From: an uncultured bacterium
GTDB lineage: Bacteria > Planctomycetota > UBA1135 > GCA-002686595
Direction of reading: 5' to 3'
Assembly (NCBI GenBank): GCA_943787795.1
Contig: CALSNU010000002.1
Span: 32,001 to 96,000 of the forward strand
DNA: 64,000 nucleotides
Part shown: positions 36,519 to 45,453 of the stretch, one piece after another
How positions within the stretch are numbered: position 1 is the stretch's first letter
Layout of the letters: the number at the start of each line of letters is the position of its first letter
Made by a program: the position numbers and the translations under genes
The notes under the pieces: generated by a model
The model's database searches: none
What the model saw: only the letters and a program-made list of their open reading frames with translations
Told to the model about the DNA's origin: nothing

Positions 36519-37054
36519 ATCGACCTGCGGCTCGGCGGCCGCACCAGACCCTGAGAATCATGCACAAGCGTACGCGCAAGCTCATCAACAAGCCTCTCCA
36601 GCTGAAGCTGGTCGGGATCTTCACGGCCATGGGGGCGACGTGCGCGTTGTTCCAGGTGATCCTGATCAACACCACGCTTCTGGAGCTCGCACAGTCGATC
36701 CCCAACGGCGGTGAACAGCTCCTCCAGGAGTCCCGGGCCCTCGTGCTGAAGAACACGCTGTGGACCCTCGGGGTGCTCGTGCCGCTCATGGTCTGTGTCG
36801 GCATCGCTGCCACACACCGCGTCGCTGGCCCGGCGTATCGCATGACCCAGCACCTCAAGGCCATCGCGGAGGGCGGGGCGGTTCGCCACTGCAAGATCCG
36901 CAAGCACGACGAGTTCTCCGAGCTCTGCGATGCCCTCAACGGCGCGCTGGATCAGCTCGCTCCCGCCGCCGACCGCGGAGAGGAATTCAGCGAGGACTGG
37001 ACCCAGGACTCCCCGGCCCCGGCCGAGCAGGAGCTGAGGGACAAGGCGGCCTGA
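36515..37054 (+). CDS. Two-TM membrane protein with HAMP-like segment and no output domain
   Basis: KRTRKLINKPLQ, two TMs, THRVAGP.YR...IR.HDEF..L..ALN. Confidence 0.8.
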   Translation: MNRPAARRPHQTLRIMHKRTRKLINKPLQLKLVGIFTAMGATCALFQVILINTTLLELAQSIPNGGEQLLQESRALVLKNTLWTLGVLVPLMVCVGIAATHRVAGPAYRMTQHLKAIAEGGAVRHCKIRKHDEFSELCDALNGALDQLAPAADRGEEFSEDWTQDSPAPAEQELRDKAA

Positions 37055-37194
37055 GCGACCCCGCTGCGCCTGGCTGTAACTGGCTGCGCCCGGCCGCACC
37101 CCGCCGCACCCCGCCGCTCCGTGATCCGCGGCAGCGGTGGACCGAGGGCAAGTATGAGCTCCGGGCGGACAGCGCCCCTGGGGACGCAGGCCCG

Positions 37195-38067
37195 TCAGGG
37201 GAGCGGAGCGCCCGTCGAGGCGGTCCACAGGTCAAACCACTGATCCCGTGAGAGGGTGACCTCCGCCGCTCGTACGGCGCTGGCGATTCGATCCAACCGT
37301 CCCGTGCCGGTGATCGGCCGTAGGCGCGACGGGTGTCTGAGCAGGAAGGCGTAGGCGACCGTGTCGACGCTCTCACCGAGCTCGTCTGCCACCCTCGCCA
37401 TCGCTGCCCGGACCCGCACCTCCTGCTCCCCGTCCCCCGCGAAGAGCCGCCCCCCGCCGAGGGGCGACCAGGCCATGGGCCGGAAGCGACGCGCCAGAGC
37501 CTGGTCGAGGGTGCCGTCCACGAAGGGTTCAAGGTGGAGGACAGAGGCCTCAACCTGGTTCGTGACCAAGGGCCGCTCGAGGCGGCTCTGGAGCGCGTCG
37601 AGGCAGGACGGCGTGAAGTTGGAGACTCCAAAGTCCAGCACCTTGCCGCTGGCCTCCAGCGACGAGAACGCGGCGGCGACCTCGTCGGGGTCCATGAGCG
37701 GGTCCTGGCGGTGCAGCAGGAGCAGCTCCACGTGATCGGTCCCGAGGGCCTTCAGGCTGCGCTCCGCGGAGTCGACGATGTGCGCGCAGCTGGAGTCATA
37801 GCCGTGCCGGCGGTGGGCCGGCCGGCGCTCGGAGACCAGCTTGATGTTGCACTTGGTGATCAGCTTCAGCTCGCGGCGCAGGCCCGGATCCGCGCCCAGC
37901 GCCGCCCCGAAGGACTCCTCCACGGTATAGCCGCCGTAGATGTCCGCCAGATCGACGGTGTCGACCCCGAGGTCCAGGACCTCTCTTGTCCAGGCCGCCA
38001 GCGCGGCGCCTTCGAGGTTCCACTCCGGCTGCCGCCAGAGGCCCGCGATGATGTTCGAGAGTTCCAT
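37195..38067 (-). CDS. Aldo/keto reductase (YdhF-like)
   Basis: GLWR, DLADIYGGY, ITKC, LLLLHRQD, GVSNF, TNQVE, AWSPLGGG. Confidence 0.93.
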   Translation of the reverse strand: MELSNIIAGLWRQPEWNLEGAALAAWTREVLDLGVDTVDLADIYGGYTVEESFGAALGADPGLRRELKLITKCNIKLVSERRPAHRRHGYDSSCAHIVDSAERSLKALGTDHVELLLLHRQDPLMDPDEVAAAFSSLEASGKVLDFGVSNFTPSCLDALQSRLERPLVTNQVEASVLHLEPFVDGTLDQALARRFRPMAWSPLGGGRLFAGDGEQEVRVRAAMARVADELGESVDTVAYAFLLRHPSRLRPITGTGRLDRIASAVRAAEVTLSRDQWFDLWTASTGAPLP

Positions 38068-38149
38068 GGGGAGAGCAGGAGAATAACCGCCGAAGAGCGT
38101 TCCCGTCGCAACCGTGCCTCGGTCCGGCCGAACCGCTAGCCTCTCCCCC

Positions 38150-39808
38150 ATGGATCCGTCCGAGCCGCGCACTGACGACGACGACGCTGCCCGCTCGTCG
38201 CAACCTCCCCCGGCCGCCCCGGCCGGGACCGGGAGCGGCGCCTCCATCGCGCGGATCTGGCTGCTCCCCGCCGCGCTTGCCATCGTGTTGGTCGCGCTCT
38301 TCCTGCGCGGGAAGGGCCTGGACCAGGGCCGGATGTCGCCGGACGACGGCGAGTTCCTCTGGTCCGCACAGATCCATCAGATCGACCTCGCCAGCGGCCC
38401 GGGCGCTTGGCTGGAGGAGGACAGGGAGTGGGCCGCGGACCTCGTCCGGGACTTCAGCCAGGACGAGGGGCGCTCGACCTATCCCCACGGCTACCTGCAT
38501 CAACTGAGCACCCGCTACGCCGCTCGGCTCGGCGCCAAGGCGGGCTTCGGTCGCGTGGCGGCCCTGCGCTTGGACCAGGCCATCCTGGGCGCGTTGACCT
38601 CCATCCTCGTGCTGCTCTGGCTTCGTCGCGTCGCGCCGGGGGAACCCCTGGTCGCCATCGCGGGGGGCGGACTGATGGCCGTCCAGCTCGGGCACGTGAT
38701 GGTCTCCCGCACGGGCTGGGGCCAGGCGGCCTGCACCTTCTTCCTCGTCTGGATGATCTCGATCGCCTGGCGCATGTACACGGAGGCGGGCGAGCGAGAC
38801 ACGCGGGCCCTCGCGCGCGGCGCCGCGGGGATCACGGCGACATCGCTGCTGGCGTACGGGTTCCACGAGATGGCCACCGTGTACACCTTCGTGCTCGCGG
38901 TCCTCGTGGTGCTCCTGTTCCGCACGGGCCCGACGGGCCAGAGCGTCGCTCCGTGGCGCTCACGCCGGGTCGCATGGGGCCTCGCGGCCTGCATCCCGGT
39001 GGGCGCCCTCACCGTCGGCCTGCTGTTCTTCAGCGAGTTCGCCCGGGACAAGTGGTTCTCCTCATCCCTCGACGCCACCTACGGGTGGTGGCAGCGGCGC
39101 GAGCTCGCCTTTGGCTACCTCCTCGACGTGGTGGCCGTCCCGCGGCAGATCTCCATCCCGGTGCTCGCCCTCGCGCTGCTCGGCCTCGCCGGCGCTCTGA
39201 CCCGCGACGCGAAGTGGCTTGTGTGGCTGGTCGCCTGGGCCGTCGTCCCCACCCTGCTGCTGTTCCTGCGCTTCAACTTCCCCGAGCTGGCGCGGATCTA
39301 TCTCCCCGTGGACGTGATCCTCGTGGTGCTGGCCGCGGAGGGGCTCGGCCTCCTCTGGACCGTGGCCCGGGGCCGACTCGGCGGCGCCCTCGCCGACGGC
39401 ACCGCGGCGCTGGCGGTGGTGTGGTGCGGCCTCGTGACCTGGTCGACGCTCTTCGTCGGCCCTGGAGCCGCCCTCCATGTCCCCGCGGTCCACCACCCTC
39501 TCCCCGAGGACGCCCATCCCGCCGGCTCCTTCGACGACATCGCCGCCACCCTGCGGGCCACCGAGATCACAGAGCCCGTCGCGGTCGCCTTCGTGTGGGG
39601 TCCCCTCTTCCGGATCCTGGACCTCGGCATCCCCGCTCGAATCGTCGAGCTGGATGCCCTCCCCGAAGGCGAGCCGGCGCCGCGCATCGTCGTCGCCCCT
39701 CGACGCTCCATGGAAGCTGGAGGGCGCATGCGCTCCGAGGGTGGGCCCTATGAGCTCGCCGCTCGGGACCGATACGATCACCTCGGCCTCTACGTCCTGC
39801 GCCGCTGA
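38150..39808 (+). CDS. Polytopic GT-C fold glycosyltransferase (ArnT/PMT-like)
   Basis: About 11 TMs; acidic SPDD loop after TM1; YPHGYLH; RIYLP. Confidence 0.65.
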   Translation: MDPSEPRTDDDDAARSSQPPPAAPAGTGSGASIARIWLLPAALAIVLVALFLRGKGLDQGRMSPDDGEFLWSAQIHQIDLASGPGAWLEEDREWAADLVRDFSQDEGRSTYPHGYLHQLSTRYAARLGAKAGFGRVAALRLDQAILGALTSILVLLWLRRVAPGEPLVAIAGGGLMAVQLGHVMVSRTGWGQAACTFFLVWMISIAWRMYTEAGERDTRALARGAAGITATSLLAYGFHEMATVYTFVLAVLVVLLFRTGPTGQSVAPWRSRRVAWGLAACIPVGALTVGLLFFSEFARDKWFSSSLDATYGWWQRRELAFGYLLDVVAVPRQISIPVLALALLGLAGALTRDAKWLVWLVAWAVVPTLLLFLRFNFPELARIYLPVDVILVVLAAEGLGLLWTVARGRLGGALADGTAALAVVWCGLVTWSTLFVGPGAALHVPAVHHPLPEDAHPAGSFDDIAATLRATEITEPVAVAFVWGPLFRILDLGIPARIVELDALPEGEPAPRIVVAPRRSMEAGGRMRSEGGPYELAARDRYDHLGLYVLRR

Positions 39809-39820
39809 GTCGGCGGCCTC

Positions 39821-39879
39821 TGGATTCGCCGCCGCTGATCCGCCTCTGCTGGATCCGCCACGATTGGACCCGCCGGATC
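39821..39879. repeat. Degenerate 4 x 14-15-bp tandem repeat
   Basis: TGGATTCGCC.., TGATCCGCC.., TGGATCCGCC.., TGGACCCGCC.. Confidence 0.6.
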
Positions 39880-39957
39880 GGCCCGAAGCGCGACTCCGCG
39901 CCGATTTCCGGGAGCGGCCCCTTCGCGCCTGACCCGAGAGCGCCTATCACCTCTGGC

Positions 39958-40509
39958 ATGAACAGTGAGCTCTGGGGATCCCGCGCCGACGAACGGCTGA
40001 TGCTGGTGGACGGCGAGGACGCCCCCGTCGGCACGGACACCCGCGCGCGCTGCCACGCCGTGGACGGCCTGCGCCATCGTGCCTTCTCGGTCTACCTGTT
40101 CGACCGTGAAGGGAGGCTCCTGATCCATCAGCGCCACGACACCAAGCCGCTCTGGCCGGGGTTCTGGTCCAACAGCTGCTGCAGCCACCCGGTGGGCGAC
40201 GAGGACGTGGCCGACGCGGCTCGCCGACGCGTCCGCGAGGAGCTCGGTGCCTCGGTGGAGATCGAGCCCATCCACCGCTACGAGTACCGCGCCACCTACG
40301 GCGGCGTGGGGACGGAACACGAGGTCGTGACGGTCTTCATCGGCAGGGTGGAGTCCCACGACCTGCAGCCCGATCCCATCGAGGTGGCGGACTTTCGCTT
40401 CGTCGAACCCGACGTGCTCGACGCCGAGATCGGGGACGGGGACCGCTACACCCCCTGGTTCCAGCTGGCCTGGCCAGTGGTGCGAGAGGCCGCCTCGAGG
40501 CTGACCTAG
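39958..40509 (+). CDS. idi: Isopentenyl-diphosphate delta-isomerase type 1
   Basis: HRAFS, WPGFWSNSCCSHP, REELG, EHE, PIEV, TPWF. Confidence 0.95.
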   Translation: MNSELWGSRADERLMLVDGEDAPVGTDTRARCHAVDGLRHRAFSVYLFDREGRLLIHQRHDTKPLWPGFWSNSCCSHPVGDEDVADAARRRVREELGASVEIEPIHRYEYRATYGGVGTEHEVVTVFIGRVESHDLQPDPIEVADFRFVEPDVLDAEIGDGDRYTPWFQLAWPVVREAASRLT

Positions 40510-40593
40510 GCAGCGCGGGCAACGGGCCTGATCGAGGGCCTGGCGAAGTGCCCAGCTGGGGGCCCGGCTGAACGCTCAGCTGGGGGCCTCTCC

Positions 40594-41847
40594 TCAGGGC
40601 AGGGACACGTCGCCGAGCGAGACGCTGCCCCCCGGGGTGAACTCCGGGAGAGGGCGCGTCACGCCATCTCGTCGGCCGCCAATGCGCACGGCGGACCAGC
40701 GCTCGGCGCCCTCAGGCGCTGTGACCAGCCAGCGGAAGTCACCGTCCTGGCCGGTGACGAGCGTCCAGGTCGTGCTGGGTTCGCCCTCCACCACGGCCTG
40801 TGCCGACTCGAGGCCGCGGGCTCGACCATCACCATCCACCAGGCGGCCGGTGATGAGCACCCCTTGGTCCAGGGCGATCTCGCGCGCGGGCCGCGCTTCC
40901 TCCTCGCCCACGGCGGTGACCAGCTGACTGAGAGAACCGAGCAGCCGCTCGCCCTCGCCGTCCCCTTCGCTCACCACCAGAACAGCTCGCAGGTCCAGCC
41001 CGCGCTCGACGTGCCGCACGTTGGCGCTGGATCCCTCGACCTCGATGGCGAGGGTGACGTCGGAGCGGCTCCCGTTGCGGGCGGGGAAGAGCTGGAGCAC
41101 GCCCCCCCATTCAGCCCCAGGGAACCCTCGATGGGTCAGGCGGATGACGAGGTCCGCCGAGGGTGGAAGCGACGCCTCTCCGGTCCCCACCGGGTCGACC
41201 GGGATCGCCAAGGTCTCGCGGGTCGCGGCGCGAATCAGGGCCACGCGCTCCGTTCCCCGGGGGACGCGCCGCAGCCCGACAAGGGCCTCCGCCGGAGGCT
41301 CGTAGAGCACCGCCGTGCCGTCCGGACCCGTGACGGCCGTGACCGGCAACCGCTCGAGCCTCGGCTCCCCCGGGACCGCGAGGGTCAAGGGGACGCCCTC
41401 CGCCGGACGGCCGCTCGAATCGAGGACCCTGGCCCGGTAAGACGTGCGCGGTCGGAGCGACAGCACGAGCCCGTCACGGCCGATGGTGGGCACCTCGGCG
41501 CTCCCGAAGAGGGCCCCGCGGCGCGCCGCGATGAACGCGCCCCGGCCCACGGGCGCCAGGAGCCGCGCCCGGCCCTCGCCGTCAGTGCGCCGCACCTCGG
41601 TGGCCAGCTGCAGCGAGGTCGCCACCCAATCGCCCGTGATCCGGCTCGCCAGCACCGCCGCGTCCGCCCGCAGCGTCTGGCGGTCGAGGACCCACAGCTC
41701 GGCGTCGACGACGGGTCCCCCAGCCTCATCGAGCACCGTGATCACGGGGCCGCGTCCAGGGAGCTCCGCCCCCGCACGCGGCGCGGCGCAGGCCGCGACG
41801 AGGAGAAGGGCGCAGAGGACGAACAGGAGGCTGGCGTGGGCTCGCAT
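40594..41847 (-). CDS. Lipoprotein with carboxypeptidase-regulatory-like beta-sandwich repeats
   Basis: Lipobox VAAC; repeated VLD..G.P / T..DG motifs. Confidence 0.7.
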   Translation of the reverse strand: MRAHASLLFVLCALLLVAACAAPRAGAELPGRGPVITVLDEAGGPVVDAELWVLDRQTLRADAAVLASRITGDWVATSLQLATEVRRTDGEGRARLLAPVGRGAFIAARRGALFGSAEVPTIGRDGLVLSLRPRTSYRARVLDSSGRPAEGVPLTLAVPGEPRLERLPVTAVTGPDGTAVLYEPPAEALVGLRRVPRGTERVALIRAATRETLAIPVDPVGTGEASLPPSADLVIRLTHRGFPGAEWGGVLQLFPARNGSRSDVTLAIEVEGSSANVRHVERGLDLRAVLVVSEGDGEGERLLGSLSQLVTAVGEEEARPAREIALDQGVLITGRLVDGDGRARGLESAQAVVEGEPSTTWTLVTGQDGDFRWLVTAPEGAERWSAVRIGGRRDGVTRPLPEFTPGGSVSLGDVSLP

Positions 41848-41995
41848 CGCGCACAGACGATACTTGCAAGCCGCGACGATTCCCGCACGCCGCGGCCCGC
41901 CTCTCTGCGGAACCCGCTGTTCGAGGGCGCTGCGACCCGGCCGCGCCAGCCCCGGGGACCGTCCGCATCAGCCTTCTCCCTGCCCGCACTGGCCT

Positions 41996-42049
41996 CCTGC
42001 CCGTACGCACCAGCTCCCTGCCCGTCCGCACCAGCTCCCTGCCCATCCG
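41996..42049. repeat. About 2.5 x 21-bp tandem repeat
   Basis: CCTGCCCGT(A/C)CGCACCAGCTC twice plus a partial copy. Confidence 0.85.
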
Positions 42050-42124
42050 ATCACCGGCCGCAGGGGCAGGAGCGCAGCCCCGCTCGAGGCTCATCCCAGG
42101 CCTGACCCGAGCCGCGCTGCTCCA

Positions 42125-42193
42125 TCAGCTGGGCCCATTCAGCTGGGCCCCTTCAGTTGGGCCCCTTCAGCTGCGTCCCTTCAGCTGTGCTCC
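42125..42193. repeat. 5 x 14-bp graded tandem repeat overlapping the rfbA stop
   Basis: TCAGCTGGGCCCAT, TCAGCTGGGCCCCT, TCAGTTGGGCCCCT, TCAGCTGCGTCCCT, TCAGCTGTGCTCC. Confidence 0.9.
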
Positions 42194-43062
42194 TCAGCCA
42201 GCTTCTTCAGGGTCTCGCCGTACTCGTTCTTGCCGAAGCGCTCGGCACGCTCGAGAAGCTGCTCGCGGGAGATCCACCCCAGCTCGAAGGCGATCTCGTC
42301 CGGAGACCCGACCTGCTGGCCCTGCCGCTCGGTGAGGGTGCGAACGAAGTTGCCCGCGTCCAGCAGCGAGGCGTGGGTCCCTGTATCCAGCCACGCGTAG
42401 CCGCGGCCCATGCGCTTGACGGAGAGTGAACCGTCGTTGAGGTAGCTCTCGAGCAGCGAGGTGATCTCCAGCTCCCCCCGCTCGGAAGGCGTGACCTGAC
42501 GGGCGCGCTCGGGGGCGCTGCCGTCCACGAAGTAGAGGCCGGTGACCGCGTAGTTCGAGGGCGGCTCGGGCGGCTTCTCGATGATGGCGCGGACGGTGCC
42601 GTCCGCGTCGAAGTCCGCCACGCCGTAGCGCTCCGGATCGGCCACCCGGTAGCCGAAGACCGTGGCCCCCGCGCTGGCCTTATCCGCCTCCTCCAGGAGG
42701 AGCGGCAGCCCCTGACCGAAGAAGATGTTGTCGCCGAGCACCATCGCCGAGGGCGCCCCGTCCAGGAAGTCCTCGGCCAGGATGAACGCCTGGGCGAGCC
42801 CGTCCGGGCTGGGCTGCACCATGTACGACAGCGAGATCCCCCACTGGCTCCCGTCCCCGAGCGTGCGCTCGAACTGATCCAGGTCGTGCGGGGTCGTGAT
42901 GATCATGATCTCCCGGATCCCCGCCAGCATCAGCACCGACAGGGGGTAGTAGATCATCGGCTTGTCGTAGATCGGCAGCAGCTGCTTCGACACCCCCGTG
43001 GTGATGGGGTACAGCCGGGTTCCAGAGCCGCCGGCCAGGATGATGCCTTTGCGTTGTGTCAT
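42181..43062 (-). CDS. rfbA: Glucose-1-phosphate thymidylyltransferase
   Basis: GIILAGGSGTRLYP, KQLLPIYDKPMIYYPL, LGDN, EKP, RGELEIT, WLDTGT. Confidence 0.97.
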   Translation of the reverse strand: MTQRKGIILAGGSGTRLYPITTGVSKQLLPIYDKPMIYYPLSVLMLAGIREIMIITTPHDLDQFERTLGDGSQWGISLSYMVQPSPDGLAQAFILAEDFLDGAPSAMVLGDNIFFGQGLPLLLEEADKASAGATVFGYRVADPERYGVADFDADGTVRAIIEKPPEPPSNYAVTGLYFVDGSAPERARQVTPSERGELEITSLLESYLNDGSLSVKRMGRGYAWLDTGTHASLLDAGNFVRTLTERQGQQVGSPDEIAFELGWISREQLLERAERFGKNEYGETLKKLAEEHS

Positions 43063-43450
43063 CGCTCTCTTTCGGTCGCCGCGGGGTCGCGGAATTTGGA
43101 GTCAGGGGAAAGTCGGGCCGAGTGCTGCCGTCTCGCCGGCGGGGGCCGGGCCGACAACGCGCTCAGGTGGCGCCTCGATCCACCGTCCCAGGGCGTGGGG
43201 AGCCAGCAGCCCGCGGCGGCGAGTCTCGTCGCGCTGGAAGACTAACCCGCCCGCGACAGCGTGTCGCCGCCTCCAGCCCGTCCGTTGACGTCGACGGGCC
43301 GAGGCGATCCCTCGTTGGGAGCCCGTGCCCCCCAAGCCGCCGCCAGGGTCTCTGCCCGGGACATCGCCCAGCACCTCGGCCGTCGCAGGAAGGTGCTCGT
43401 CCGGAAGGAAACCACCGGCGTGGTGCGAAGCAGGGCGCTACAACCTCTCC

Positions 43451-43996
43451 ATGGCCCCTTCGACGCCGCCCCCCCTCCTCGCATCCTCACCGCTGCGCCA
43501 CCTCGCCGGGCCGCTCGGTGCCGCAGCGATCTGGGGCGGTGGGATGGTCGCCGTCCCCATGGTCCCGGCCCCCATGACGCTCCAGACCCTGGCCCTGATC
43601 CTGGTCGGCGGCCTGGCCGGTGCGCGGGCGGGCGGCCTCGCCGGCGTGCTCTTCCTGGCCGCGGTCCTGGCCGGCGCCCCCGTCCTCTCCGGAGGGACCA
43701 GCGCTGCGGGCGCGTCGTTCCTCGACCTCGGCACCGCGGGCTTCGTGATCGCGTTCATCCCCGGTGGGACCCTCGCGGGGCTGGCGAACGGGCGCTTCCG
43801 CCACGACGCCGCGGTCTTCCTGGGGGCGCACCTCCTGATCCTGGTGGCCGGCTTCGCGTGGCTCTTCGCTCAGAAGGGCCTGCCCCTCGCGGAGGGGGCC
43901 TCATCCCTCGCCCTGCTCCTGCCTGGCGCTCTGGCCAAGAGCGGGCTGGCGGCGGTGGTCACGCGGGCCCTGCTCGGCGGCGGAGACGCCCCTTGA
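43451..43996 (+). CDS. bioY: Biotin transporter S-component
   Basis: VPMVPAPMTLQT, GAPVLSGG, TAGFVIAF; multi-TM. Confidence 0.85.
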   Translation: MAPSTPPPLLASSPLRHLAGPLGAAAIWGGGMVAVPMVPAPMTLQTLALILVGGLAGARAGGLAGVLFLAAVLAGAPVLSGGTSAAGASFLDLGTAGFVIAFIPGGTLAGLANGRFRHDAAVFLGAHLLILVAGFAWLFAQKGLPLAEGASSLALLLPGALAKSGLAAVVTRALLGGGDAP

Positions 43997-44355
43997 GCCC
44001 GCGCCCGGTCCCTCGGAAGCGCGTCCTCACGGAGGCGGAGTCCCTCCAGGACGAGCGGGTGCAGCGCATCCTCGCCACGGTGGACTCCATCCCCGAGGGT
44101 CGCGTGGCCAGCTACGGCCAGGTGGCGGAGGAGGCCGGGCTCCCGCGGGCCGCGCGCTTCGTGGGGTCCGTCCTGCGGCGCTTCGTGGCGAACCGAGGCG
44201 TCCCCTGGCACCGGGTCCTGGGGTCAGACGGCACCATCCGCGTCGTCGGGGGCACCGCCCGGGACCAGGCCATGCTGCTCCGCGCGGAAGGCGTGACCGT
44301 GCGTAACGGCCGCGTCCGCATGGCCGAGGTCGGTTGGCAGCCCGACGAAGAGTGA
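43993..44355 (+). CDS. Alkyltransferase-like protein (ATL/YbaZ, MGMT family)
   Basis: IPEGRVASYGQVA, AR.VG, PWHRV (Trp in place of the catalytic Cys). TTG start overlaps the bioY stop. Confidence 0.9.
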   Translation: MSPRPVPRKRVLTEAESLQDERVQRILATVDSIPEGRVASYGQVAEEAGLPRAARFVGSVLRRFVANRGVPWHRVLGSDGTIRVVGGTARDQAMLLRAEGVTVRNGRVRMAEVGWQPDEE

Positions 44356-44418
44356 GCCGTGGCGCAGATCTGGGGCTCACCGCTCCCAACGCCGCCCCCG
44401 ATCTGATTTCCTTGGGCC

Positions 44419-45378
44419 ATGGATCAGCTCTCAGGACTCAAGGCCCACTCCCTCGTCGTCGCCGATACGGGCGACTTCGCGAGCATCAAGACCTTCCAGC
44501 CGCGTGACGCCACGACGAACCCGAGCCTGCTGCTGAAGGCGGCGGCCATGCCCGAGTACGCCGAGCTGGTGGATCGGACGCTGGACGGAGTACGCAAGGA
44601 CGGCGGCGACATCGACGCCGCCCTGGACGGCCTCGCGGTGGCCTTCGGTCGCGAGATCCTCGAGATCGTCCCCGGCAGGGTCTCCACGGAGGTGGACGCG
44701 CGCCTCAGCTTCGACACCGCGGCCACCTTGGCCAAGGCGAAGCAGCTCATCTCGCTCTACGAGGCCGCCGGCGTCGACCGGGACCGGATCCTGATCAAGA
44801 TCGCCTCCACCTGGGAGGGCATCGAGGCCGCGCGGCTGCTCCGCGAGGACGGCATCCGCTGCAACCTGACGCTGCTGTTCTCCTTCGCCCAGGCCGTGGC
44901 CTGCGCCAACGCCAAGGTGCAGCTGATCTCGCCCTTCGTGGGCCGCATCCTCGACTGGCACAAGAAGTCCACCGGCAAGGAGAGCTACCCCGCCGCCGAG
45001 GACCCCGGCGTCCTCTCGGTGACGCGGATCTTCGAGTACTACAAGAAGTTCGGGCACAAGACCGAGGTCATGGGCGCCAGCTTCCGCAACACCGGGGAGA
45101 TCCTCCAGCTCGCGGGCTGTGACCTTCTCACCATCAGCCCCGGCCTCCTGGAGGAGCTGCGGACCACCGAGGGCGACGTCCCCGCTCAGCTGACCACGGC
45201 CTGCGCCGAGGCCTCGGACCACGAGCCCCTGCGGCTCGACGAGCGCGCCTTCCGCTGGATGATGAACGAGGACGCCATGGCCACCGAGAAGCTGGCCGAG
45301 GGCATCCGCGCCTTCGCCGCCGACACCCGCAAGCTCGAGCACCTCGTCGCCGAGCGCATGGGCGCGCCGGTGAGCTGA
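44419..45378 (+). CDS. tal: Transaldolase
   Basis: [50 protein letters not shown]. Confidence 0.97.
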   Translation: MDQLSGLKAHSLVVADTGDFASIKTFQPRDATTNPSLLLKAAAMPEYAELVDRTLDGVRKDGGDIDAALDGLAVAFGREILEIVPGRVSTEVDARLSFDTAATLAKAKQLISLYEAAGVDRDRILIKIASTWEGIEAARLLREDGIRCNLTLLFSFAQAVACANAKVQLISPFVGRILDWHKKSTGKESYPAAEDPGVLSVTRIFEYYKKFGHKTEVMGASFRNTGEILQLAGCDLLTISPGLLEELRTTEGDVPAQLTTACAEASDHEPLRLDERAFRWMMNEDAMATEKLAEGIRAFAADTRKLEHLVAERMGAPVS

Positions 45379-45453
45379 CCGGGGACGCGACGAATCCGGG
45401 ACCAGGGCCGCTGAGCTGCGGCGAGATCCGCGGAGGCCAACTAGGATCAGGGG

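Noticed and set aside
43392..43420. GTCCGGAAGGAA resembles the SRP (4.5S) RNA domain IV tetraloop
   Set aside because: The flanking conserved CAGG/AGCAG internal loop is absent (CTCG/AACCA instead), and I see no long enclosing helix.
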